64,000 nt of DNA from Bacilli bacterium (GTDB taxonomy: Bacteria; Bacillota_I; Bacilli_A; RFN20; UBA1709). The stretch's first letter is position 1; the number at the start of each line of letters is the position of its first letter. The stretch is taken from NCBI GenBank assembly GCA_028693955.1, contig JAQUUH010000001.1, forward strand, positions 16,260-80,259, in the 5' to 3' direction. Made by a program: the position numbers and the translations under genes. This document shows positions 21,621 to 31,082 of this stretch, one piece after another. The notes under the pieces were generated by a model. It worked only from the letters and a program-made list of their open reading frames with translations, had not been told where the DNA came from and did not search any database.

Positions 21621-21721
21621 AATAATGATTATTTTTGATTGTTTACTCTTGATTTACAAGAGAAATTCATATATAATCCTTATGTAGTAGTAATGAACTT
21701 CAGAAGGAGGGAGAAAGATTC

Positions 21722-21895
21722 ATGCCAAAAACAATAGTTCGTGAAAACGAAACATTGGATGATGCACTACGCCGTTTTAAAAGACAAGTATCTAAGGCGG
21801 GCACCCTTGCTGAAGTGCGTAAACGTGAATTCCATTTAAAGCCTGGCGTAAAAAGAAAGCTAAAAGCTGAGATGGCACGTCGTAAATCATATTAA
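21722..21895 (+). CDS. rpsU: 30S ribosomal protein S21
   Basis: 58 aa, [57 protein letters not shown]. Preceded by GAAGGAGGG. Below the ORF-track size cutoff. Locally GC-richer. Confidence 0.9.
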   Translation: MPKTIVRENETLDDALRRFKRQVSKAGTLAEVRKREFHLKPGVKRKLKAEMARRKSY

Positions 21896-21900
21896 AAAAA

Positions 21901-21933
21901 TAAACACCTATTATAAGGTGTTTTTATTTTTTT
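21901..21933 (+). terminator. rho-independent terminator after rpsU
   Basis: Hairpin aaacacc-tattataa-ggtgttt followed by a long T-run. Confidence 0.8.
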
Positions 21934-21991
21934 GTAATTTTATTATAATGTTGATGTATAATACTAATATAAGTTAGAAAAGAGGAAAGTA

Positions 21992-22948
21992 ATGGGAGAA
22001 AATTTTGAAATAAAATTGATGGATGTTTCCTTAGAAGAATTAAGAATAGTTTTTGGAATTGATGATGTTAATATAAAAATAATCCAAAAATATTTTGATG
22101 TATTGATTACTTATAGAGGAGATAGTGTATTCTTGAATAATGGTAATTCACAATCATCATATATAAAAATAAAAGATATATTGAATACTTTAGTTATCTT
22201 GTCCAAAAATGGCTATGAAATAACTCCTAGGACAGTTTCGCAAGCTATTTCTCTTGTTAATAAGGGTGAACTAAATATTCTTGAAGATTTTCATAAGATT
22301 GTGCTTGGAAAAAATCTTTCAAATAAAGTTATTTTCCCTAAGTCACTTGGTCAACTTTGGTATGCAAAAGCATTACTAAATTTTGATATAGTTTTTAGTA
22401 TTGGACCTGCAGGTACTGGGAAAACATACATGGCAGTGGTTTATGCTGTTTCACTTTTAAAAACAGGAAAAATTAAAAAAATTATATTAACAAGACCAGC
22501 CGTTGAAGCCGGAGAAAGTTTGGGATTTTTGCCTGGAGATTTAAAAGAAAAAGCTGATCCTTATTTAAGACCATTATATGATGCTTTATATGAAATGTTG
22601 GGTAAAGAAAATGTTGAAAAATTAATTGAAAAGGGTACTATTGAAATTGCCCCACTTGCTTATATGAGGGGGAGAACTCTTGAAGATGCTTTTATTATCT
22701 TAGATGAGGGTCAAAACACAACTTCCTCACAACTTAAAATGTTTTTGACAAGAATGGGATTTCGTTCAAAAATGGTAATAACTGGAGATGTTACCCAAGT
22801 TGACTTGCCAATAAGAATTAAATCTGGTCTTGGAGAAGCAGAAGAAATTCTTGGAAAAATAAAAGATATTGCATTTGTTAAATTATCTGCAAGCGATGTA
22901 ACAAGACATCCATTAGTTCAAGAAATAATTGATGCATATGAAAAATAA
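21992..22948 (+). CDS. phoH: PhoH-family ATPase (YbeZ-like)
   Basis: Walker A GPAGTGKT. Matches the Bacillus rpsU...phoH-ybeY order. Confidence 0.85.
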   Translation: MGENFEIKLMDVSLEELRIVFGIDDVNIKIIQKYFDVLITYRGDSVFLNNGNSQSSYIKIKDILNTLVILSKNGYEITPRTVSQAISLVNKGELNILEDFHKIVLGKNLSNKVIFPKSLGQLWYAKALLNFDIVFSIGPAGTGKTYMAVVYAVSLLKTGKIKKIILTRPAVEAGESLGFLPGDLKEKADPYLRPLYDALYEMLGKENVEKLIEKGTIEIAPLAYMRGRTLEDAFIILDEGQNTTSSQLKMFLTRMGFRSKMVITGDVTQVDLPIRIKSGLGEAEEILGKIKDIAFVKLSASDVTRHPLVQEIIDAYEK

Positions 22949-22950
22949 AA

Positions 22951-22986
22951 AAATCTTTGTGAATTATTAATTTTCACAAAGATTTT
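22951..22986. terminator. bidirectional terminator between phoH and the antisense transporter gene
   Basis: Hairpin atctttgtgaa-N9-ttcacaaagat, flanked by an A-run on one side and a T-run on the other. Confidence 0.75.
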
Positions 22987-22988
22987 AT

Positions 22989-24653
22989 TTAATCATTTAT
23001 TTTAATTGATTCAAGAGTAGTATCGGCAATATTGACACAATGATCTCCAATTCTTTCAATATTACTTATTAAATCAACAAAAACGACAGATATATATTTC
23101 TTTCCTGAATCTTTGTTGTTAACAATTCTTTTAACATGTCTTTCACGGGCTTGTTTATTTAATTCATCCATATCAATTTCTTTTTCTCTAACAATATTTG
23201 CTAAAAAAGTATTCTTATACTCAAAAGAATTTATACTATTCTTCACCATTTCTGAAGCAAGAGTTAACATCTCTAATATATCTTCTTTTGCTTCTATATG
23301 TATACTTTCTCCAGAGTCAAAAAATTCATTAAAATACTCAACAAGATTTTCACAATGATCACTTATTCTTTCAATGTCTTTAAAAGTTTTTAAAATTCTT
23401 GAGTACACATTAATTTCATTTTGTTCTAATTGAGAATGTTCCATTGAATATAAAAATTGCATTAATTTTCTATCAAATTCATCAATTGTTGCCTCAATTT
23501 TTACTGATATATCTCTAGCATTGTAATCTTTTTTTGTGAAATAATCGTATAATTTATCAACCGATTGTTGAGCAAGTTTTCCCATGACTATTGTTTGCTC
23601 TTTTGCAATTCCAAGAGCTGTTGCTGGAGATATTTCCATGACATTTTTATCAAGTTGAGATAGATTGATATCTGGCATTAATAAATCTTTTTCTTTATTA
23701 GGAGTTATTTTTGTAACTATTTTTACTAAAATATTTGTAAATGGGAATAGTAATAGTGTTGTTATAATATTAAAAATGATATGTGCAAAGGCAATTTGCA
23801 TTTTAGGATCGAGTTGTAGCAAAGAAGAAAGCCATGTTATCAGCAATGTATATGGAGATAATAGTGCTAAAAATAACAAAGATCCCAAGACATTAAACAT
23901 AACATGAACACCTGCTGCTTGTTTTGAAGTTGTTGAGCCTCCAAGTGATGCAAGTACAGCAGTTACAGTTGTACCAATATTTGATCCAAATAGTATTGGC
24001 ATTGCAACAGCTAATGTAAATCCAGAACTTGTAGAAGCAGAGTATAGTGATTGAATAATTCCTATAAATGCAGAAGAAGATTGAATAACAGCAGTGCCTG
24101 TCATACCAACTAGCACGCCAAGGAATGGATTGTTGCTTAAGTTTTTGACAAAAGCTATAAATTCTGGTAATTGTGCTAATGGCTTTAGTGCAGATTCTAG
24201 AAGAGATAGACCAAAAAATAATGCACCAAAACCAAAGAAAACTTCTCCTGTATGTTTGAACTTTGGAGAAGATGCAAATAAGTATATTAAAACTCCTATT
24301 GCTAGGACAAATGGAGCAATGCTGGAAATGTTTAAGCCAATAATAAAAGAGGTCACAGTTGTACCAATATTGGCACCCATAATAATTCCTACGGCCTGTG
24401 GCAAGGTCATTAAACCAGCTCTTATTAAGCCAATAGCAATAACTGTTGTAGCACTACTTGATTGTATTAAACCAGTTACTGCAGCTCCAACAAAGATTCC
24501 TTTTATTGGAGAAGAAGTAAATTTATCAATCATTTTTTTAAGACGAGAGCCAGCTAATTTTTTGAGCCCATCACCTAGGAAAGTTATTCCAAATAGAAAA
24601 ATACCTAATCCACCAATTATTGAGCCCCACCATGAAAGGGAAAATAAATCCAT
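22989..24653 (-). CDS. Na+/phosphate cotransporter family protein with C-terminal PhoU-like domains
   Basis: Duplicated Na/Pi-cotransporter TM repeats (GANIGTT, GSNIGTT). C-terminal PhoU-like helical repeats. Confidence 0.8.
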   Translation of the reverse strand: MDLFSLSWWGSIIGGLGIFLFGITFLGDGLKKLAGSRLKKMIDKFTSSPIKGIFVGAAVTGLIQSSSATTVIAIGLIRAGLMTLPQAVGIIMGANIGTTVTSFIIGLNISSIAPFVLAIGVLIYLFASSPKFKHTGEVFFGFGALFFGLSLLESALKPLAQLPEFIAFVKNLSNNPFLGVLVGMTGTAVIQSSSAFIGIIQSLYSASTSSGFTLAVAMPILFGSNIGTTVTAVLASLGGSTTSKQAAGVHVMFNVLGSLLFLALLSPYTLLITWLSSLLQLDPKMQIAFAHIIFNIITTLLLFPFTNILVKIVTKITPNKEKDLLMPDINLSQLDKNVMEISPATALGIAKEQTIVMGKLAQQSVDKLYDYFTKKDYNARDISVKIEATIDEFDRKLMQFLYSMEHSQLEQNEINVYSRILKTFKDIERISDHCENLVEYFNEFFDSGESIHIEAKEDILEMLTLASEMVKNSINSFEYKNTFLANIVREKEIDMDELNKQARERHVKRIVNNKDSGKKYISVVFVDLISNIERIGDHCVNIADTTLESIKIND

Positions 24654-24765
24654 TTTTCGATTTCACCTCTTGTATATAATAGCAAAAGTAACATGTAAAT
24701 ACTATATTAATTTTAGGTGTTAACGATAAAAAAAATAAAGTTAATAATTAGAGAAGAGGTGAGAT

Positions 24766-25278
24766 ATGAAGAACTATTTTGTTCCTCAGTTGAATCATAA
24801 AGGATGTGCTTTGGCTTGCATTGAGATGATTATACATATAAATGGTATAAATTTATCAAATAGAAAAGTAAAAATTATTAGGAGCATTCCCAATATAACA
24901 ACGATTTATGACATAATCAAAATATTGGAAATTCTTAATATAAAATGCAGTACCTATTATAAAAGCGATAGAAATATTCAAAGTATCAAAAAAAAATTAC
25001 CAATAATAATACATTTCTCAAATCATTTCGGTATACTATATGAAATTAATGACAAGAAGTGCACTCTTGCAGATCCTTCTAAATATAAAGTTAAGTCTGT
25101 TAGTATATCAAAGATTGAAAAAAGATGGAGTGGATATTTTATTGAGTTCGATTTAATAAAAAACAATTGGCAGAAAATTTTTCAAAGAAATAAATTCTTA
25201 ATTCCTTATTTTCTAAAAATTAACATATTATATATTATCGCTATTTTTATAATAATAATGTGTTTTAGTAAACTCTAG
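24766..25278 (+). CDS. orphan peptidase C39-like domain protein with a C-terminal TM helix
   Basis: Gln-x5-Cys signature PQLNHKGCALACIEMI. Candidate His-Asp pair HFGILYEI...ADPS. C-terminal TM helix ILYIIAIFIIIMCF. Confidence 0.5.
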   Translation: MKNYFVPQLNHKGCALACIEMIIHINGINLSNRKVKIIRSIPNITTIYDIIKILEILNIKCSTYYKSDRNIQSIKKKLPIIIHFSNHFGILYEINDKKCTLADPSKYKVKSVSISKIEKRWSGYFIEFDLIKNNWQKIFQRNKFLIPYFLKINILYIIAIFIIIMCFSKL

Positions 25279-25319
25279 GTTTTTAGATTAGTATTTGCTA
25301 TAATTAATATGGTGATAAA

Positions 25320-25784
25320 ATGGAATTTAATATTTATTTAAATGTGAATGGCTATAAAAATTTATATCGTTTTAAGAAGATGTTTTATTTAATAACAAAC
25401 GAAACTCTATTTTATCTTTCTAAAAAAGGAAATTATGAGATTTCTGTGACTTTTTGCAGTGATAATGATATCAAAAATTATAATAAAAAATTTAGAAACA
25501 TTGATAAATCTACAGATGTTTTAAGTTTCGCTTTTAATGATTATAGTGATAAAATAAATGATGAAGATATTCCTAATGATTTAGGTGATATAATTATATC
25601 TATAGATACGGCTAGACGACAAGCCAATGAATTTTCTCATTCACTAAAGCGTGAAATTTGTTTTTTATATCTGCATGGGTTATTACATTTATTAGGATAT
25701 GATCACACAAAAAGTTTGAAAGACGAAAAGATTATGTTTGATTTGCAAGATGAAATTTTAAATAAAGTAAATATAAGGAGTTAA
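25320..25784 (+). CDS. ybeY: rRNA maturation endoribonuclease YbeY
   Basis: HGLLHLLGYDH metal-binding motif. The start is uncertain and may be at 25380. Confidence 0.8.
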   Translation: MEFNIYLNVNGYKNLYRFKKMFYLITNETLFYLSKKGNYEISVTFCSDNDIKNYNKKFRNIDKSTDVLSFAFNDYSDKINDEDIPNDLGDIIISIDTARRQANEFSHSLKREICFLYLHGLLHLLGYDHTKSLKDEKIMFDLQDEILNKVNIRS

Positions 25785-25788
25785 AATC

Positions 25789-26184
25789 ATGAAAGAAAAA
25801 TTAATAAACGCTGCTTTTGCAGCTCAAAAAAATGCCTATGTTCCATATTCTAAATTCAAAATAGGAGCCGCCGTTTTATTGAGGGATGGGAAAATAATTC
25901 AAGGAGCAAATATAGAAAACGCTTCATACTCTTTAACAATGTGTGGAGAAAGAAATGCTGTTTATAGAGCCTATTGTGAAGGATATAAAAAAGATGATAT
26001 TGTTGCCTTGGCAATTTCTTCAAATTGTAGACCGGCAGCGACTCCTTGTGGGGCGTGTAGGCAGGTTTTATATGAATTAATTCCTGAAAATACTCCTATA
26101 TATTTAGTTAATAGTTATGGTGATGAAATTGAAACGACACCTAAAGAGTTACTTCCTTGTGGATTTTCAAAGGAGAGTTTATAA
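25789..26184 (+). CDS. cdd: cytidine deaminase
   Basis: CGERNAV and PCGACRQ zinc-binding motifs. 131 aa. Confidence 0.9.
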   Translation: MKEKLINAAFAAQKNAYVPYSKFKIGAAVLLRDGKIIQGANIENASYSLTMCGERNAVYRAYCEGYKKDDIVALAISSNCRPAATPCGACRQVLYELIPENTPIYLVNSYGDEIETTPKELLPCGFSKESL

Positions 26185-26186
26185 GT

Positions 26187-27080
26187 ATGTCATTTAAGTC
26201 TGGATTTGTTGCCATTAGTGGTAGACCAAATGTAGGTAAATCTACACTTTTAAATAACATTATCAAACATAAAATAGCTATAATGTCGCCTAAAGCCCAG
26301 ACAACTAGAAATACTATTCATGGAGTATATAATGATGAAGATACTCAGATAATATTTATTGATACTCCTGGAGTACATAAACCCCATAATAAACTTGGGG
26401 AAATAATGAATGCTTCAGCAATAGGAGCAACAAGAGATGTTGAAGCTATAATATTTTTAGTAAGTGTTAGTGATGAAATCGGGAAAGGTGATGAATATCT
26501 ATTAAATATATTGAAAAATCAAAAAATACCAGTTTTATTAGTTTTAAATAAAATTGATTTAGTTAGTAAAGAAGATATATTTTTGAAAATAGTTGAATGG
26601 AAAAAAATGTTTGATTTTGATAATATAATTCCTGTTTCGGCTAAAAAAGGCGAAAATGTTGATAAATTATTAAAAATAATTAAAAAAATGTTGCCAGTTG
26701 GCCCAAAATATTATCCGGATGATGTTATTAGTGACCATCCTGAAGAATTTATAATGGCAGAATTAATAAGAGAAAAAATATTGTTTCTAACAAGAGATGA
26801 GATTCCTCATTCAATAGCGGTTATAATTGAAAACATTGAAAGTAAAAAAAATGGTAAAATTGATGTAAATGCATCAATAATTGTTGAAAGAGATTCCCAA
26901 AAAGCAATAATAATTGGTAAGGGAGGCTCAATGATAAAAAATATTGGAATAATGTCAAGAAGAGATATTGAACATTTATTAGGCTCAAAAATTAATCTTG
27001 AACTTTTTGTTAGAGTTGAAAAAAATTGGCGTAATGAATTTAGATATTTAAAGGAATTTGGATATAAAGGAGAAAGATAA
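26187..27080 (+). CDS. era: GTPase Era
   Basis: G1 motif GRPNVGKST and a C-terminal KH domain. ATG at 26187 follows AAGGAGAG. Confidence 0.9.
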   Translation: MSFKSGFVAISGRPNVGKSTLLNNIIKHKIAIMSPKAQTTRNTIHGVYNDEDTQIIFIDTPGVHKPHNKLGEIMNASAIGATRDVEAIIFLVSVSDEIGKGDEYLLNILKNQKIPVLLVLNKIDLVSKEDIFLKIVEWKKMFDFDNIIPVSAKKGENVDKLLKIIKKMLPVGPKYYPDDVISDHPEEFIMAELIREKILFLTRDEIPHSIAVIIENIESKKNGKIDVNASIIVERDSQKAIIIGKGGSMIKNIGIMSRRDIEHLLGSKINLELFVRVEKNWRNEFRYLKEFGYKGER

Positions 27081-27812
27081 ATGGCTACTATTATTGAAAA
27101 GGGCTTTATTATAAAAGTTTCTCAATATAAGGAATTTGATGCCATTTTGACACTTCTTTCGGAAAAAGGAGAATTAATCTCATTTAAAGGAAGAAGCATA
27201 TTAAAACCCAGCAACAAAAACTTTTCTAGTTGTCAGTTGTATGCAAAAGGTGAATATTGTTTAGAAAATAGAACTTCTTTATCTCATTTGTTTTTAAAGA
27301 ATTCTTCTCTAATTGAAGGAGTTTATGATTTAATAAATGATACAAATTCGTGCATAGTTTTAGGACTAGTGGTTGAAAGTATACTTCTTTTAAGTGACGC
27401 AATTAGTGCAAAAGAAAGAATCTCATTTTTTAGTGCCACAATAAATTCTTTGAAAGCAAGTAAAAATTATAGAGCAATTTCTTTAATAATTTTAAAATAC
27501 TTAATGATATACAATGGTATAATTCTTGAAGCCAATCACTGTGTAAAATGTGGTTCAAAACATGGAATTATTAATGTTGATTATCAAGAGGGAGGCTATA
27601 TATGTCAAAATTGCAATGGTACAGCAACAATAAAACCTCCTAGTTATTTGCGTATGTACCACTTTATTATAAAAGCAGATTTAATCAACTCAAAAGATAT
27701 TTTAATTGATGATAGTACTTTTAAGTTACTTGCTAGAGATTTTTTTAATTATTTAGAAGATAGTGCTGGTTTGAAGTTAAAATCAAGAAATTTAATTTTC
27801 GAAATGCTTTAA
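27081..27812 (+). CDS. recO: DNA repair protein RecO
   Basis: OB fold followed by the zinc finger CVKCGS...CQNC. Follows era, as in Bacillus. Confidence 0.8.
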   Translation: MATIIEKGFIIKVSQYKEFDAILTLLSEKGELISFKGRSILKPSNKNFSSCQLYAKGEYCLENRTSLSHLFLKNSSLIEGVYDLINDTNSCIVLGLVVESILLLSDAISAKERISFFSATINSLKASKNYRAISLIILKYLMIYNGIILEANHCVKCGSKHGIINVDYQEGGYICQNCNGTATIKPPSYLRMYHFIIKADLINSKDILIDDSTFKLLARDFFNYLEDSAGLKLKSRNLIFEML

Positions 27813-27880
27813 CACACTCATAGTGTGTTGACAATGTTTTTGAGTTAATATATATTTTAATTCTGAATTGAGGTGCAAGT

Positions 27881-29254
27881 ATGGGGAAGTATTCATTCGA
27901 AAAAATTGTTAATCATGTAAGAAATAGTGGCTTTGTTTATCAAGGATCAGAAATATATGGAGGATTAGCAAATACATGGGACTATGGACCATTAGGTGTA
28001 GAATTAAAAAACAATCTAAAAAAAGCTTGGTGGAAAAAATTTGTGCAAGAATTTCCAAATAATGTAGGATTAGATAGTGCTATTTTAATGAACCCAGAGG
28101 TTTGGGTAGCGAGTGGTCATCTTACTACCTTTACAGATCCATTGATGGATTGTAAACAATGTAAAACGCGTCATAGAGCAGATAAATTAATAGAGTCGTA
28201 TGATAAAAGTCTAAATTGTGGTGGATGGTCAGATGAGAAAATGATGGGATATATTAAAGACAATAAAATACCATGTCCGAATTGCGGTTCTCGTGATTTC
28301 ACAGACATTAGAAAATTTCAAATGATGTTTAAAACATTTCAGGGAGTTTTAGAAGATGAAAAAAGCACAATTTATTTGAGACCTGAAACTGCTCAAGGAA
28401 TATTTGTTAATTTTAAAAATATTCAAAGAACGACACGAAAAAAATTACCTTTTGGTGTTGCTCAAATTGGGAAAAGTTTTAGAAATGAAATAACTCCAGG
28501 AAATTTTATATTTAGAATAAGAGAATTTGAACAAATGGAATTAGAATTTTTTTGTCAGCCAGGAACAGATTTAAAGTGGTATGGTTTTTGGAAAGATTAT
28601 TGTATGAAATGGCTTGTAGAGTTAAATATTAATTCTTTGAATTTGAGGATTCGTGAACATGAAAAAGAAGAATTATCATTCTATTCTAAAGGAACTAGTG
28701 ATATAGAATATCAATATCCGTGGGGATATGATGAGTTATGGGGGATAGCAGATCGAACAGATTATGATTTGTCGTGTCATCAAACTCATTCTAAAACTTC
28801 TCTTGAGTATTTGGATCCAGAAACCAATGAAAAATACTTGCCTTATTGTATAGAACCATCTCTAGGTGTAGATAGATTGGCCCTAGCAATAATGTGTGAA
28901 TCTTATACCGAAGAAATAGTAAATGAAAAAGACACTAGAATTGTAATGAAAATACATCCATATCTTGCTCCATATAAGGTGTGCATTATGCCACTATCTA
29001 AGCAACTTGGAGATAAGGCTAGAGAAATTTATCATGTATTATCAAAACATTTTATGTGTGAATATGATGAATCTGGCAGTATTGGTAAAAGGTATCGTAG
29101 ACAAGATGCGATTGGAACACCTTTATGTGTTACTTTTGATTTTGATAGTGAAAGTGATAATAGTGTTACAGTTAGAAATAGAGATACAATGCTTCAAGAA
29201 AGGATTAGTGTTAAAGATTTGGTTGCTTATTGTTCTGAAATATTAAAATACTAG
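27881..29254 (+). CDS. glyQS: glycine--tRNA ligase, homodimeric alpha2 type
   Basis: 457 aa class II aaRS; a single polypeptide at the Bacillus glyQ/glyS position, so not split into glyQ and glyS. No T-box leader, since the upstream gap is only 68 nt. Confidence 0.85.
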   Translation: MGKYSFEKIVNHVRNSGFVYQGSEIYGGLANTWDYGPLGVELKNNLKKAWWKKFVQEFPNNVGLDSAILMNPEVWVASGHLTTFTDPLMDCKQCKTRHRADKLIESYDKSLNCGGWSDEKMMGYIKDNKIPCPNCGSRDFTDIRKFQMMFKTFQGVLEDEKSTIYLRPETAQGIFVNFKNIQRTTRKKLPFGVAQIGKSFRNEITPGNFIFRIREFEQMELEFFCQPGTDLKWYGFWKDYCMKWLVELNINSLNLRIREHEKEELSFYSKGTSDIEYQYPWGYDELWGIADRTDYDLSCHQTHSKTSLEYLDPETNEKYLPYCIEPSLGVDRLALAIMCESYTEEIVNEKDTRIVMKIHPYLAPYKVCIMPLSKQLGDKAREIYHVLSKHFMCEYDESGSIGKRYRRQDAIGTPLCVTFDFDSESDNSVTVRNRDTMLQERISVKDLVAYCSEILKY

Positions 29255-29269
29255 AAATGAGGTGATATT

Positions 29270-31069
29270 TTGGCTAATTCAAAAATAGATTTTGATGAAT
29301 TGAGAAAAAAAATTGATATTGTCAAAGTTATTGAGCAGTATATTCCTCTTACAAAAAGAGGGAAAAACTATGTCGGATTGTGCCCATTTCATCAAGACTC
29401 AAATCCATCCTTAACCGTTTCTCCAGAAAAGCAAATCTATAAATGCTTTGTTTGTAATGCGGCCGGTAATGTTTTTACTTTTGTAAAAGATAAGGAGAAC
29501 ATTCCTTTTCTTGATGCTGTTAAAAGAACATGTGAGTTAGCTGGAATAGATGATGAAAATGTAAATAAAATTGGTGAACATAAAGTTATAGATAATAGCA
29601 ATGCAAAATTATATAAAGTTTTATCTGATGTCAATGATTATTATGTTTATCAATTAAAAACTCTTGAAGGGAAAGTAGCATTAGACTATTTAAAAGGTAG
29701 AGGAATTAACGAAAAAAATTGTATTGATTATAATATTGGTTTTTCGGGTAATGATGGCAAAAAAGCAATAAATTATCTGTTAGAGAAAGGACATTCATTA
29801 GATGATATAGTTCTTAGTGGTATTGGTCTTGAGCATAATGGAGATGTTTACGATAGAATGAGTGGTAGAGTTACATTTGCAATAACAGATGATTTTAATA
29901 GGGTGGTTGGTTTTAGTGGCAGAAAAATTAATGATAAATTGGAACAAAAATATATTAATACACCAGAAACTTTAATATTTCACAAAGGAGAAATACTTTA
30001 TAATTACTATAATTGTTCTAAAGTTTGTCGTAGAGAGGGATATTTATATGTAGTTGAAGGTTTTATGGATGTTTTGGCATTATTGAGATGTGGTATTGAA
30101 AATGTAGTTGCAACTATGGGAACAGCATTAACATCAGTTAATATTAATAAACTGAAATCACTAAATTGTGAAGTCAGACTTATGCTTGATAGTGATAATG
30201 CAGGTCAAAAAGCAATTTATGATGCGTTATCTTTAATTGGAACTATAATTAAAAAAATAAAAGTCGTTGAAAAATTTATTGATGTTAAAGATGTTGATGA
30301 ATTATTGACTAATCATGGGTGTGATGAGTTAAAAAATAAAATTAATTTATTAATAAATGCATTTGATTTCAAAATAAACTATTTGTCTAGAAAATATAAT
30401 TTAGAAAATTATGAGGATAGGAAACTATTTGCTATAGATTCGGCAAAATTGTTAGATAGATCACAAATTGATGATATTGACCTAGATCATTATATAAAAA
30501 TAATAGAAGAAAAGTCGAAAATTAGTAGGAATTCAATTATGAAGTATGTACCTAATACTGAAAAATCAACAAAGTTTGATTTTTCCAAATATAAAATAAT
30601 GAATGGTAAACAAAAAAAATATATTGATAAATATGATGCTGCTGAAAGACAAATAATTAACATGGCTTATAAAGATGCTTTCACAGCTATGAAACTTACT
30701 ACATATAATTTTTCAATGTATAATGATATTAATCGTAGAATATTTTCATATATTATGGATTATTATGATAATCGCGAAATAGAAGTAAATAATAGCGATG
30801 ATTCTGTTGTTGCTGATATAATATCCGAAATGCCTAATGACATTAAAAACGAATTTTTATCAATTATTGATGATGAATATCCACCAGAAGATTTGGAAAA
30901 CTTAATTAAGATAATTAAAGATGATCGAGCTAAAAAAATTAATGTTGATAAACTTATGGAACAAATGAATGATTTATCGAATCCAGTAGAAATGGCTAAA
31001 CTAGCCAAAGAAAAAATTTTAAAAGAAGGAATATTGTTTAACAATCAAAAAAAAAGTAAAAAGAAGTAA
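29270..31069 (+). CDS. dnaG: DNA primase DnaG
   Basis: Zinc ribbon CPFHQDSNPS...CFVC and a TOPRIM domain. TTG start follows GAGGTGA. Confidence 0.85.
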   Translation: MANSKIDFDELRKKIDIVKVIEQYIPLTKRGKNYVGLCPFHQDSNPSLTVSPEKQIYKCFVCNAAGNVFTFVKDKENIPFLDAVKRTCELAGIDDENVNKIGEHKVIDNSNAKLYKVLSDVNDYYVYQLKTLEGKVALDYLKGRGINEKNCIDYNIGFSGNDGKKAINYLLEKGHSLDDIVLSGIGLEHNGDVYDRMSGRVTFAITDDFNRVVGFSGRKINDKLEQKYINTPETLIFHKGEILYNYYNCSKVCRREGYLYVVEGFMDVLALLRCGIENVVATMGTALTSVNINKLKSLNCEVRLMLDSDNAGQKAIYDALSLIGTIIKKIKVVEKFIDVKDVDELLTNHGCDELKNKINLLINAFDFKINYLSRKYNLENYEDRKLFAIDSAKLLDRSQIDDIDLDHYIKIIEEKSKISRNSIMKYVPNTEKSTKFDFSKYKIMNGKQKKYIDKYDAAERQIINMAYKDAFTAMKLTTYNFSMYNDINRRIFSYIMDYYDNREIEVNNSDDSVVADIISEMPNDIKNEFLSIIDDEYPPEDLENLIKIIKDDRAKKINVDKLMEQMNDLSNPVEMAKLAKEKILKEGILFNNQKKSKKK

Positions 31070-31082
31070 GGAGTGAATTAAT

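Noticed and set aside
21640-21670. ctcttg-attta-caagag hairpin between deoC and rpsU
   Set aside because: It overlaps the likely rpsU promoter -35 (TTGATT) and has no following T-run. It is more likely part of the promoter region than a separate terminator or riboswitch.
24094-24723. 209-aa plus-strand ORF
   Set aside because: Lies entirely antisense within the well-supported Na/Pi cotransporter gene. Low-complexity P/K-rich translation. Typical shadow ORF.
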